Positions 26,157-35,994 are shown, counted from the stretch's first letter. The stretch is 64,000 nucleotides of DNA from Candidatus Zixiibacteriota bacterium (GCA_024280835.1 JAJRPJ010000008.1:83730-147729), one strand, 5' to 3'. Numbers and translations: made by a program. Notes: generated by a model not told the origin, from the letters alone.

Positions 26157-27056
26157 ATGAGCTACTCCAAGGACAATCGCAAGCAAGTTATCCTCTCTGA
26201 TGCGGGCTTATTTTATGCAGCGGCAATTTGGGGCTCGACATTCTTTATTGTTAAGGATGCGCTCTCTGATGTTGACCCTGTGATTATGGTTGGATACAGA
26301 TTCTTGTTGGCTGGAGGAATCATGTTGCTCTTCCTATTGGCCACTGGTAGAAAACTTCTGCCAGGAATCGGTCGCGCATTTTTTCTCTCTCTGATTCTCT
26401 TTGCTCTATACATTCCCCAAACAGTCGGACTGAGATTCACAACCGCATCTAACTCTGGTTTCATCACAGGTCTCTTTGTCTTCTTTACGCCTCTATTGAT
26501 GCGTTGGGTTTTCAGGCACAAACCGACTCCTATGGAATGGCTGGGGTCTTTAATCTCTTTGGGTGGGTTATGGGTATTGACTGGCGGTTTGCGCGAGCTC
26601 AACTTTGGTGATGCGCTGACTTTGGTTGCGGCTCTAACCTATGCGCTGCATGTTCTCTATTCTGACAAATATATGAAAGCAGGAATTGACCCGTATGTCA
26701 TCAGTTGCCAACAGTTCTTATTTGTCGGTCTCTTGAGTGTTCTCACTGGTTGGATCTTTGATTTGCCGTTCACGGTCGGTTCGACTAAAGTCGGTTGGGT
26801 GATTGTCTTTTTGGCATTGGGGCCAACCCTCTCTGCATTTGTTATTCAAATGCTGGCGCAAAGAATCACAACGCCCGTGAAGGTAACTTTGATTTTCGCA
26901 ATGGAGCCTGTCTTTGCGGCTCTGTTTGCCTGGACACTGGGCGGTGAAATCTTCGAGACACAGCGAGCTTTGGGAGGCCTGCTGATTGTCATGGCTCTGA
27001 TTATTTCTGGACTGCAAACACCTTCTTTTTGGGGAAGGCTCAGGGGTAATCAGTAA
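26157..27056 (+). CDS. EamA/DMT-family transporter
   Basis: 299 aa with about 10 predicted TM helices in two EamA-like halves. Confidence 0.85.
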   Translation: MSYSKDNRKQVILSDAGLFYAAAIWGSTFFIVKDALSDVDPVIMVGYRFLLAGGIMLLFLLATGRKLLPGIGRAFFLSLILFALYIPQTVGLRFTTASNSGFITGLFVFFTPLLMRWVFRHKPTPMEWLGSLISLGGLWVLTGGLRELNFGDALTLVAALTYALHVLYSDKYMKAGIDPYVISCQQFLFVGLLSVLTGWIFDLPFTVGSTKVGWVIVFLALGPTLSAFVIQMLAQRITTPVKVTLIFAMEPVFAALFAWTLGGEIFETQRALGGLLIVMALIISGLQTPSFWGRLRGNQ

Positions 27057-27080
27057 TCTACAAGTCTGACAGCAGTGGAT

Positions 27081-27443
27081 TTACTTTTTCTTCTTACGTT
27101 GCTTAGTCTTTGCATTTTGAGCTACAGCGACAGCTTTGGCTCCCCATTTCTGCAAGAGTGTATCATCTTCGAGAATATCGGCTGGCGCCTCATAGTATTG
27201 CATGACATTCTCATTATCTTTATAGGGTTTGAATGGCCCCATACCCAGCGCTTCAAAGTCAGAACGATTGCTGTCATCAACTTTTAAGTAGAGAGTGTCG
27301 TTGGCTATCAGGCAAAAGAAAAATCCCGCACAATATATTCCTACGCCACCAAACATATTGCGAGCGCCTATTTCGCCAACATTCTTGAGAGCTACCTCTA
27401 GGCGTTCAAGAATAAATGACCTATATGACTCACTAACAGGCAT
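27081..27443 (-). CDS. TfoX N-terminal-domain protein
   Basis: The stretch RNMFGGVGIYCAGFFFCLIANDTLYLKVD is the characteristic TfoX_N core. Confidence 0.8.
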   Translation of the reverse strand: MPVSESYRSFILERLEVALKNVGEIGARNMFGGVGIYCAGFFFCLIANDTLYLKVDDSNRSDFEALGMGPFKPYKDNENVMQYYEAPADILEDDTLLQKWGAKAVAVAQNAKTKQRKKKK

Positions 27444-27468
27444 TCTATTTACATTTCACTGTTTGTGT

Positions 27469-27819
27469 TTATTTAAGTAAAACGCTCGAATAAATTTCAT
27501 CATTGAAACCAACGACCATAGTCTTGCCGATTATTAGTGTAGGAGCGCGTAGATTCCCAGTTGGTCCTAAGAGTAAGGTCCCTAATGTCTCGGGGCTGGG
27601 TTTGTCTTTTGCCATATCCAAAGTCGTAACTTTGGGACCTTTGCAAACATATAGCGCAGTGACACCTTTTAGAAGTTTGAGCGCATCTTCAAGTTGTAGT
27701 TTCTGACTTGCTGGAACAGTTATCTTTGCTGTTAGATCATGTTTTCTCAGGAACTCCTGAGTCCTGCCACAACTTGTTCAGCCAGGACGCTGATAGCGCC
27801 AGTCAATTGCATCGGCCAT
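27469..27819 (-). CDS. ArsC/Spx-family thioredoxin-fold protein with in-frame UGA (candidate selenoprotein, UxxC)
   Basis: This gene is not in the ORF track. The frame from the ATG at 27819 to the TAA at 27471..27469 is open except for TGA at 27780..27778. The translation is MADAIDWRYQRPG-U-TSCGRTQEFLRKHDL...GNLRAPTLIIGKTMVVGFNDEIY. The UGA aligns with the first Cys of the Spx CTSC motif. Confidence 0.65.
27746..27761 (-). promoter_or_regulatory. candidate SECIS hairpin
   Basis: CUCAGG-AGUU-CCUGAG begins 16 nt after the UGA. The apical loop contains GU. Confidence 0.4.
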
Positions 27820-27873
27820 AGACGAAAATATTCCTTGGGACTATAAGTCAAGCACGTGACGATCCTGACTATT

Positions 27874-30561
27874 TTACATGATTAGAACGAATTTGCCAAT
27901 TTGTGTTGAGCCATCTGGTGTTTCAACGACGTAGTAATAGATTCCCGAAACAGCTACTTGTAAGTTGCGAGTAATCAGATCCCAGGTATCCTGCATTGCA
28001 GTTGGACTCTCTGGAGCTTCATCGTGATCAATTTGACGTATCAAATCACCATCAAGAGAGTACACAAGTATTTTGCAAACTGGTGGGAGATTCATGAAAT
28101 GGAGCGCGCGAGTTCTCTCGGCTTGGAAAGTCTCTCTGCCGCGCCCTTCGAAACCATCTCCGCGGTAGCCGCCATTGATGCGATAGGGATTTGGATAAAC
28201 AATGACATTGAGGTCTGCCGCTGGTTGTTGCGCGACTCTATCGAGAGCAAACATCTCAACTGCCGTTCTAACAGGATTTGTTTCGAGAAACGGCAAGTTG
28301 GTTCCTTGTGAGCCAAAATCAAAGGCTGTGACTGAAGCAAAATATTTCAGTGACGGTAACAGGTTTCTGACAGTATAACGATATTCAAAATATTTGAATC
28401 GCAATCCATCTGGAGTCAGTTCGCCATCTTGATAGAAGGTTGTCTTGCCAGTTATGGGGTCTGTATAAACAGTATCTGATTTGAAAGCCGAATCCAATAC
28501 AAGTGTATGTGGATAGGGCTCATCAGGGTAGATTGTTTGAATTCCCTTGGGGTCGGTTAGGTCACTTTGGTTGAAATCTTGCTTGACGAAATAAAACACA
28601 GAATCACCAAACCCCAATGGATTGGAGATGCCGTTATCGGTTGGCTCGTAATCACGATTGCCATCTGCGTATAAATCCTGAACTTCCGGTAGAGAAAATG
28701 GTTTGTGCAGAATTATCCAACGTGCATTGACACCTGACCCAGAACTAAGGTAGTATTGCGTGAAATCCTCGAAGTCGTAAGACGATTGCAAGACAAGTCC
28801 CACAGACGTTCGCTCTAAACCTAGATAAACTCTGTAACCCTCAAAGTCCACCTCACCGCTGAATACATCAGGTGTTGTCTCGGACAGAATACCATTCCAT
28901 TCGATTGCTATCTCTCCAACTGTTGGCTCAAAACGAACAGTCGGGGCTGGTGGTGGACTCGCTGCGCGAATATCTGGCACACCATCTCCTGTGTAGAAAA
29001 TCGTATCAGCCGAAAGAGGACCCTCAAATGTATCTATAAGAATTGTTGTATCAGGCGGCGTCATGAATGTATCGACTATGACTGTAGTATCGATAATCGT
29101 ACCACTCGAATTGACACAGACTCGAAACTTCCCGCGGTATCCATCGTTGTCGGTGTCAACGCCTGGATTGTCATAAACCCAGCTGGCCCAATTCGAATTC
29201 TTAACTAGGTCATCCCAAACAACTTTGCTCATGAATTCATCAGGATTGAACGGATCGATTGAGTTTTCGGTGTCAACATGAAAGTTTTCACCGCCTACAA
29301 GAGCAAAGGCAAAATGCGCTTTGGCTTGAGGCGCCAAAGTCAAAGGTCCGAAAGTAATCAAGTCGAAGTGATGATTATGGCTACCAAAGCCTGGACCGAG
29401 GGCTATTACAAAAGAATTATCACCTGGCGGCAACCAGCCATCTTTGGAATGGTCGATTGCGCTGAAGATTTGGTCATAGTCAAATTCGCCGCTAGACATG
29501 ACATAGTAGCGATTCTTGTCACCCTTAGGTGTTCCGAGAATCCCAGCCATGTTGCGAAATGGTTTGGTAGAGGTAGCCACCCGGCGCGGCCCCCAATCAT
29601 TTGGCCCACTGTCGCTGTCATCCCACCAGTTGTAGGAGATGGTCAATGTGTCAGACGGCAGCGACAGAAGTTTTATTGCTGTAACAGAAGTTGGTTGTCC
29701 TTCATCGAAAAACTTCTGACCCCCTGTTGGGTTTCCGTCATTGTCAGCCGCCCACCAAAGGTTAACAGTATCTTCAAACTGACAATTTGTCGGTTTCAAT
29801 GAAAAAGCTGGAGCTGTCTCTTTGAATCCAGAGATAATATCAAGGTCAAATCCCCCACGAACTTCTAAACCCAAATAGGCTTTTTCAATTGTTCTGTCTC
29901 CAATATTTGTGATGACATAGTCAAAAATTATGAAGTCTTCTGCGAATTCGAAACTCCAAGCATAGCTTGTCTGTTTGATTTTGAGGTTCAAGGGAATGTG
30001 GGGACGATTCTCAAGCTCATCTGTGCCTGTAAAAAACGATTCAACTAGAGTGTCATAATAGATGAATGATATATCTTGTTCGGAAGAAGCGCTCTCTCCT
30101 AGCGAACCAGTATCAAGAATACTTCGAACATCAAACCCTTCATTACTTGCTAACTGACTCTCCTGCGAAGCTGGCCAAAACTCGATTGTATTCGAGACTA
30201 GAGTATCGCGTCCAACGATTCCTCCCACCCAAAGATGCGGTGTTGGATAGAGTCGGCTGGTTGCACGCGGGAATGACATGAATTCGATACCATTTGTGCC
30301 GCCGCCGTTGTAGACGTCGGGGCCAATGATTCCATTGTTTTTGAGAGAGATAACGAGATTATTGACGTCGTGCATTACTATATCAATAAACGGCGCGCCA
30401 GTAGTCGCTCGGAGTTGTACAGTTGTTGGCCGCGAATGCTGGTGGCCAGGATAGACGGAGATGGCCGAGGTGGGTGGCGCCAAAGGTAGCGCTACCAAAG
30501 CGCTGACAATTCCAAAGGCCAACAAGAGCTTCCTTCTATATCGTGATTCTATGCTATTCAT
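27874..30561 (-). CDS. large secreted hypothetical protein with an FN3-like segment and a T9SS/FlgD-Ig-like C-terminal domain
   Basis: 895-aa ORF with a signal peptide (...PLAPPTSAIS). It has a DFEGYRVYLG FN3-type motif. The C-terminus is ...VSGIYYYVVETPDGSTQIGKFVLIM. Confidence 0.75.
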   Translation of the reverse strand: MNSIESRYRRKLLLAFGIVSALVALPLAPPTSAISVYPGHQHSRPTTVQLRATTGAPFIDIVMHDVNNLVISLKNNGIIGPDVYNGGGTNGIEFMSFPRATSRLYPTPHLWVGGIVGRDTLVSNTIEFWPASQESQLASNEGFDVRSILDTGSLGESASSEQDISFIYYDTLVESFFTGTDELENRPHIPLNLKIKQTSYAWSFEFAEDFIIFDYVITNIGDRTIEKAYLGLEVRGGFDLDIISGFKETAPAFSLKPTNCQFEDTVNLWWAADNDGNPTGGQKFFDEGQPTSVTAIKLLSLPSDTLTISYNWWDDSDSGPNDWGPRRVATSTKPFRNMAGILGTPKGDKNRYYVMSSGEFDYDQIFSAIDHSKDGWLPPGDNSFVIALGPGFGSHNHHFDLITFGPLTLAPQAKAHFAFALVGGENFHVDTENSIDPFNPDEFMSKVVWDDLVKNSNWASWVYDNPGVDTDNDGYRGKFRVCVNSSGTIIDTTVIVDTFMTPPDTTILIDTFEGPLSADTIFYTGDGVPDIRAASPPPAPTVRFEPTVGEIAIEWNGILSETTPDVFSGEVDFEGYRVYLGLERTSVGLVLQSSYDFEDFTQYYLSSGSGVNARWIILHKPFSLPEVQDLYADGNRDYEPTDNGISNPLGFGDSVFYFVKQDFNQSDLTDPKGIQTIYPDEPYPHTLVLDSAFKSDTVYTDPITGKTTFYQDGELTPDGLRFKYFEYRYTVRNLLPSLKYFASVTAFDFGSQGTNLPFLETNPVRTAVEMFALDRVAQQPAADLNVIVYPNPYRINGGYRGDGFEGRGRETFQAERTRALHFMNLPPVCKILVYSLDGDLIRQIDHDEAPESPTAMQDTWDLITRNLQVAVSGIYYYVVETPDGSTQIGKFVLIM

Positions 30562-30828
30562 GCTTTGTTGTTCTAGGTTTCTCTAGCTCCAGAAAAGTCG
30601 CTCAAATTATTGGTATTAACTTGGATTTAGGGAGAATAAAGCGAAGAACTTCAGGCGGTCAAAGAAAGAAATTACCACTATTATCCACCTTTGGGTCGGC
30701 TCCACCCTCGGATAATAAAATACCCAAAGTCTCTGGCATGGTCAAGGGCGGATTGATAGTGGGAATTGGCCCAAAGACGATGCCTTGATAACTAGATTCG
30801 GCAAAAGCGAGGGCAACAAAGAAGCCGC

Positions 30829-33072
30829 CTAAATACTTTGCAAATCAAAGAGAAAGTCACTAGCCCATTTATTGACCGTTTGCTTAGATATCTTCTTGAG
30901 CATGGATTGATGTCGTTCAATTCGCTCTTCCAGTGACATTTCCAGCGCCAAAGCGATTCCTTGGGCTGTGTCTTCTGGTAAATATGGATTGACAATCACT
31001 GCTTCGTCAAGCTCTTCGGCAGCCCCAGCAAAACGTGAAAGAACCAAAGTCCCTGGATTGTCTGGATTTTGGGCGGCAATATATTCTTTGGCGACTAGGT
31101 TCATACCGTCACGCAAGGGAGTCACAAGACCTACTCGTGAGTCACGGTAGAACCCTGTCAATTTGTCCTGACTATAGGTGCGGTACAAGTAGCGAATTGG
31201 CTCCCAATCATGTTCGCCCATCTCACCATTGATACGACCCACCAATGAATCCATACGCTGTTTTTGCTCGATATACTCTGGCACTTGAGTTCGCGAAGGT
31301 GAACTGATTTGCATAAATGAAATTTTCTTACACAACTTTGGATTTGTCTTCAAGAGCATTTCGAAAGCCAGTATTCTCTCAGGCATGCCTTTAGTATAGT
31401 CGAGTCTATCAACACCAATAATAATCTCGCGTCCACCGAATGAGTCACGTAGAGTTTTCTTGCTCGGCGAAACAGACGGCGCTGAGGATGCTGGCAAGAA
31501 ACGATTGACATCAATACCGATTGGGTAGGCTCCAACCCGTTGGTACTTGTCGCCAGTGCGCAAGACATGCCCATCCCAAACTGAGCCAAGCGCACGTTCA
31601 CAGGCGTGGACATAGTTATCCAGATAGCTGCGTGTCTGAAAGCCAATCAAATCAAATTCCTGCATAGCATGCAAGAAAGTCATGAACTCCGGCAAAATCG
31701 CCAAAGTATCCAGCGCGGGAAATGGGATGTGCAAAAAGAAACCCAGCCGCCCACTCCACCCTGCGCGGCGCAGTTCATCACCCAACAACATCAGGTGATA
31801 GTCATGCGCCCAGACTAAATCGTTTTCTTGCAATTGCGGAATCAGTTGATTAGCAAACATGGAATTGACTGAGCGATAGACTTCCAATTGCCAGCCAGAC
31901 ATTTTCGCCAAAGTTGGAAAAGTGTGAAAGAGCGGCCAAATAGTATTGTTACAAAACCCATTGTAATAGGCTTCGTACTCTCGGGGTGTTAAATCTAGAC
32001 CCAAGAAACGCAAATTCCCCTCAGGGGCATCCTGAATAACTGGGGCACGGCGTTTTTTCAAAGTCTTGCCACTCCACCCCATCCACAAACCACCAGCCTC
32101 ACTTTGCGAGAGAGCAGCTTCCAATGCTGTCGCCAGCCCGCCTATAGGTTTGCGGCGAGCGCCTTGTGATTCTTTTTCTAAAGCTGGTAGACGGTTTGAA
32201 ATTACTACCAAGCGTGACTTTCTGCGTGAGACTGTGAACTTTGTTCGTTGACGTGTGATAGTGTCATGCCAACGATGCAAAAAGGTCACAACATCTTCTT
32301 GGGTCTTTAGGTGACCCTGAGCGGCAGTGTCTGAAGCGTCTCCGCCAACCTTGACTCCGATTCCCCTACCAGAGATGGCTTTGAAGGCGTCTTCGTCGGT
32401 GTCATCATCGCCTAGGTAGACCGCAAACACATCTGGAGAAGATTCACTCAACAAAGTATCAACGGCCGTGCCTTTGTGGTAGCGGCGTGAACGGATTTCG
32501 ACTCCACCATTGAAAGCGCGACATTCCAGATCATATTTCTCAGCAATAGGAGTGTAAATATTCCATGAGAGCTCTTCGACTTCGAGACTTTTCTCTGGAT
32601 CTAAACCACGAACATGCACAGCTATACTGGCGGGTTTCAATTCCAAAAACTCTTCCAGCCCGACTGAGCTGGCGGCATTCTTGGCCGCTTCAAGCCCCGC
32701 AGTCTCTTCTTCTGTAATCTCTTGTCGGGTTAGCGCCCCATCGACTGTTGAGCGCTCAAACCCGTGGGCGCCAAATATTTCGACATTCATGTCATCAAGA
32801 AGAATCCGAACTTGCTGAGTAGGCCGACCAGAGATTAGGATAACTCGGGTATGCCCCGAATTGAGAATCTCGGTAAGAATCTTGATTGTTTCGTCGGATG
32901 GACGCGCTTGCATACGACTGACATGGAACGGCGCCAGTGTGCCGTCATAGTCAAGCATCAAGGCTCTATGGTTCGCCGAGCGCGCTCTTTCCCAAAAACC
33001 GCTTGGGAGGGCTGACGGAATCTCGTTTTCTTTCTTTTTAGTCATACTTGTTCTGGTCATATTGTTATTCAA
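30829..33072 (-). CDS. bifunctional trehalose-6-phosphate phosphatase / trehalose-6-phosphate synthase (OtsB-OtsA fusion)
   Basis: The N-terminal HAD domain has LDYDGTLAP and GDDDTDEDAF. The C-terminal GT20 domain has GFFLHIPFP, GVDRLDYTKG and LRDGMNLVAKEY. Confidence 0.9.
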   Translation of the reverse strand: MNNNMTRTSMTKKKENEIPSALPSGFWERARSANHRALMLDYDGTLAPFHVSRMQARPSDETIKILTEILNSGHTRVILISGRPTQQVRILLDDMNVEIFGAHGFERSTVDGALTRQEITEEETAGLEAAKNAASSVGLEEFLELKPASIAVHVRGLDPEKSLEVEELSWNIYTPIAEKYDLECRAFNGGVEIRSRRYHKGTAVDTLLSESSPDVFAVYLGDDDTDEDAFKAISGRGIGVKVGGDASDTAAQGHLKTQEDVVTFLHRWHDTITRQRTKFTVSRRKSRLVVISNRLPALEKESQGARRKPIGGLATALEAALSQSEAGGLWMGWSGKTLKKRRAPVIQDAPEGNLRFLGLDLTPREYEAYYNGFCNNTIWPLFHTFPTLAKMSGWQLEVYRSVNSMFANQLIPQLQENDLVWAHDYHLMLLGDELRRAGWSGRLGFFLHIPFPALDTLAILPEFMTFLHAMQEFDLIGFQTRSYLDNYVHACERALGSVWDGHVLRTGDKYQRVGAYPIGIDVNRFLPASSAPSVSPSKKTLRDSFGGREIIIGVDRLDYTKGMPERILAFEMLLKTNPKLCKKISFMQISSPSRTQVPEYIEQKQRMDSLVGRINGEMGEHDWEPIRYLYRTYSQDKLTGFYRDSRVGLVTPLRDGMNLVAKEYIAAQNPDNPGTLVLSRFAGAAEELDEAVIVNPYLPEDTAQGIALALEMSLEERIERHQSMLKKISKQTVNKWASDFLFDLQSI

Positions 33073-33121
33073 TGCTAGCCGTTATTTCTCGGACATTTTT
33101 GTTTTGGAAACGATGTATTTT

Positions 33122-33169
33122 AAGACAACATCTTCTCAAGACAACATTTCTTGAAGATACCGCTTCTTG
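33122..33169. repeat. three tandem 16-nt units (AAGACAACATCTTCTC / AAGACAACATTTCTTG / AAGATACCGCTTCTTG)
   Basis: Read directly from the sequence. The units lie 50-100 nt upstream (coding sense) of the otsBA start. Confidence 0.75.
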
Positions 33170-33350
33170 ATGACTCTACCACGCCGAGGCGCTACCTAAT
33201 CAATTTGCGGCGAATCAGGCCAGAGTGCAATTGAAAAGATGTAGTTGAAAACTATTGACGCTTTCTACGTGATAATTCTTACACTCCCACCTGTCTAAAT
33301 TGTCGCCCAATAACTCACTATTCTTAGGCAATAATTATAGGGAATACTTA

Positions 33351-34559
33351 CTATTTTGGCGTATCTTTGAACAGTGGCATACCTGGTAGAATTTCTTCTC
33401 TGAGACGAATTATTGTCTCATCAAGTGGGGCCAAACGCAAGGCTTTGTCTATCAAAGTCGCGGCGCTTGAGTAGTCTCCTTGTAGGGCTTTGACACGCGC
33501 CCAGCTTGCGAATCCTGCCGCGTTTTCTGACTCCAGCGAAGTCGAAATCTCGAACATTTCATCGGCTTGCTCAAACTTTCGTTGAAAACCATAGACCAAG
33601 CCCAGTCGATTACGCAAACGCGTTTGGAACGGCGCGAGTTCCACTGCCTTTTCTAGATAGTACATTGTCGAATCAGCGCGTCCATCGAGCGCGTTGACAT
33701 CCGCTAAGGCTTCAAAGATGCGCTCATCAGGTCTTCTTAAATCTAAAGCATGTCCCAGTCCTAGGCGAGCTTCATCCAAATTACCTCGCGAGGCCTCAGC
33801 CATCCCCCAACTAACATAAATCCGATAATCCGAGCGTCGGCCTTGAATAGACTTTTCAAACTCTGCAATCGCGCTTTCGAGGTCACCATTCGCCCACAAA
33901 CAAAGCGCATAACGATAGCGTTCTTCGCGCGACAATGTTCGAATCGCATTTGAACTCTCGAAATCTTTCTGTGCCGCTGACCAATTGTCATTCATCGAGT
34001 GAGAGATAGCCCGCAAAGACCAACCGACAGCATTGCGCTCATCCAAGGCTATGACTGTATCAAATTGCGCAATTGCGCCTGTAAAATCTTTGAGTTTGTA
34101 ATAGGCGCGGCCGAGAGCCAGATGCGCCGCGGGAAATTTCGGAGCTAACGCTATGGCTGAGTCAAAATAGACAACCGCCAATTGCAGAATCCCATCCTCA
34201 ACTAAAATATCGCCAAGCATGATACACGCCAAAGAATCACTCGGATCCTCTTTGAGCTTTTGTCTTAGTTGCGCTTTCATCTGTGTGACATTGATACGCA
34301 AAATATCTGAAAGAGCGCCATAGGCGCGTAGTGTCTCTGAAAGTGAATTCAATTCAGTCTTGGGAGAGAGGTAGGGAGAATCCCAACCGAGGAATGATTT
34401 GGCATGTACTTCGGTGTTGGACTTTGTGTTTGTCTGTTGGGGAGTGGTTGAAGAAAACGCAGTGACTGCGCCCAGCATGACAACGCATAGCATAGCAACA
34501 GACAACAATGTGATAAACGCCAGAGAACCACCTGCGAATTTGCCCATGCGACTATACAT
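33351..34559 (-). CDS. membrane-anchored TPR-repeat protein
   Basis: It has an N-terminal TM helix followed by about 8 TPR-like units (AHLALGRAYYKLKDFTGAIAQFD, etc.). Confidence 0.75.
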   Translation of the reverse strand: MYSRMGKFAGGSLAFITLLSVAMLCVVMLGAVTAFSSTTPQQTNTKSNTEVHAKSFLGWDSPYLSPKTELNSLSETLRAYGALSDILRINVTQMKAQLRQKLKEDPSDSLACIMLGDILVEDGILQLAVVYFDSAIALAPKFPAAHLALGRAYYKLKDFTGAIAQFDTVIALDERNAVGWSLRAISHSMNDNWSAAQKDFESSNAIRTLSREERYRYALCLWANGDLESAIAEFEKSIQGRRSDYRIYVSWGMAEASRGNLDEARLGLGHALDLRRPDERIFEALADVNALDGRADSTMYYLEKAVELAPFQTRLRNRLGLVYGFQRKFEQADEMFEISTSLESENAAGFASWARVKALQGDYSSAATLIDKALRLAPLDETIIRLREEILPGMPLFKDTPK

Positions 34560-34678
34560 ACCGCCTCCAGTATCAGAGGTGAAACTTGCAAAGTCAAACG
34601 CGAGACTAGTCGGGATAATTTTGTTTTTGGGAATAGATATGGTTTAGGGAATAACTATGTGTTCAGAATAACTCTGCT

Positions 34679-35785
34679 TTAAGGCATACCCTGTGGGCAA
34701 CACGGCAGAGGACCACCAGAGAAAATGGTGGCAATGATATAGGTTACATCGATAATATTGACTTTGCCGTCACAATTGACGTCACCCAACCCTGCCGTTG
34801 GACACGGCTCGGGGCCTCCAGTGAAAATGCGCGCAATCAAGAATGTCACATCAGCGACATTGAATGATCCGTCACCATTGGCGTCACCACAGGCAATTTC
34901 TGCTGTGTTTCCGACACGGAAAATTCCAGCGGAGCGTGAAGGAATCCATTCAACAGGAAAATCTTCATGTATCACAGCCCACTCATTTATTTTGCAGAAA
35001 GAGGTAAAAGTATCAGGTGGGAAGACAGTTGAGTCAATACCCGAAATAGTGAAGGTCACAAAATCGAATGTTCCAAAACATCCGAGTTGGGCGTTGGGTT
35101 TCACAATAAAACGTTGAATACAGAGTACGTCAGCGCCTGCTTGCACCGAGTCAATATCAATCCCAAACGGCACAGCGACAACACGAGCCAAGTTTGGTAA
35201 GTCTTCTTGGTATAGACCCAGCGTATTCAACCCACCTTCGATTGCTCTGGTGAATTGCGAAGTCCAGATAAAGAAAGTGATGGTAGTGTCACAAGTCGGG
35301 CCGTTACAATCGATGATGGTGTCATGAAACAAAACTGGCTCAAGCAATGACGTATCAAACTCATAGAGCAAAGAAAAAGCTGAGAGTATCGAATCGTTCT
35401 TGAAGTAGAAGGAAATATCAACTGTATCGCCTGGCATGGCAAAGGCCGAAAGGATCGCGACGGTATCTGTGATCTCTGTTAGTGAATCCTGCAGCGAATC
35501 ACAGTCTCCAAGACCATGCGTGGTGACTCCTGTTAGACCAGTAATTGGGTCTTTGACAGTCAAAGGAGTCGCATAGTCGGCGGTAACTCGATTTATGATC
35601 GATGTCTGCTCAGAAAAAGCGAGACTGAAAACCCCTGTTAGACAAATGGCCAAGGCCACGAAAACATAGGTAATCGGCAATCGTCGGGTATTCTCTTCTT
35701 GATGCTGTTGTAGATGTTGTTCTGAATGCTCCTGCATAGTATCTCTTATATCGACCGTTTCCACTTTATATTGTAGCGCAGGCAA
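34679..35785 (-). CDS. cohesin-like domain protein with a C-terminal dockerin
   Basis: The C-terminus has two EF-hand-like dockerin repeats (GDANGDGSFNVADVTFLIARIF and GDVNCDGKVNIIDVTYIIATIF). The middle region resembles the cohesin-like modules of the T9SS proteins. Confidence 0.72.
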   Translation of the reverse strand: MPALQYKVETVDIRDTMQEHSEQHLQQHQEENTRRLPITYVFVALAICLTGVFSLAFSEQTSIINRVTADYATPLTVKDPITGLTGVTTHGLGDCDSLQDSLTEITDTVAILSAFAMPGDTVDISFYFKNDSILSAFSLLYEFDTSLLEPVLFHDTIIDCNGPTCDTTITFFIWTSQFTRAIEGGLNTLGLYQEDLPNLARVVAVPFGIDIDSVQAGADVLCIQRFIVKPNAQLGCFGTFDFVTFTISGIDSTVFPPDTFTSFCKINEWAVIHEDFPVEWIPSRSAGIFRVGNTAEIACGDANGDGSFNVADVTFLIARIFTGGPEPCPTAGLGDVNCDGKVNIIDVTYIIATIFSGGPLPCCPQGMP

Positions 35786-35994
35786 CTACTTGTCCTGCAA
35801 ATAGTTATCTGACGAAGACAGCAAAAGCTAGCGCCTTTGGCGCATTGAGGGATGTAGTGAACAAAAAGCTGACAATAGTGGCGAGAAACTCATTTTCGAG
35901 GGGAGTTCCAAGAAATCTGACGGAGCAACCAGAGCGGGAAAGTAATCTCTCATAACAAATCCTCTCTCAGAGAAGGAAAATTGTCACTGAAGTA

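Noticed and set aside
27778-27780. Genome-wide UGA reassignment (code 4 or 25) as the explanation for the in-frame TGA
   Set aside because: TGA terminates well-supported genes at the expected C-termini, for example pyrD at 10695..10697 and the TPR lipoprotein at 8884..8886. No other gene in the window needs UGA readthrough.
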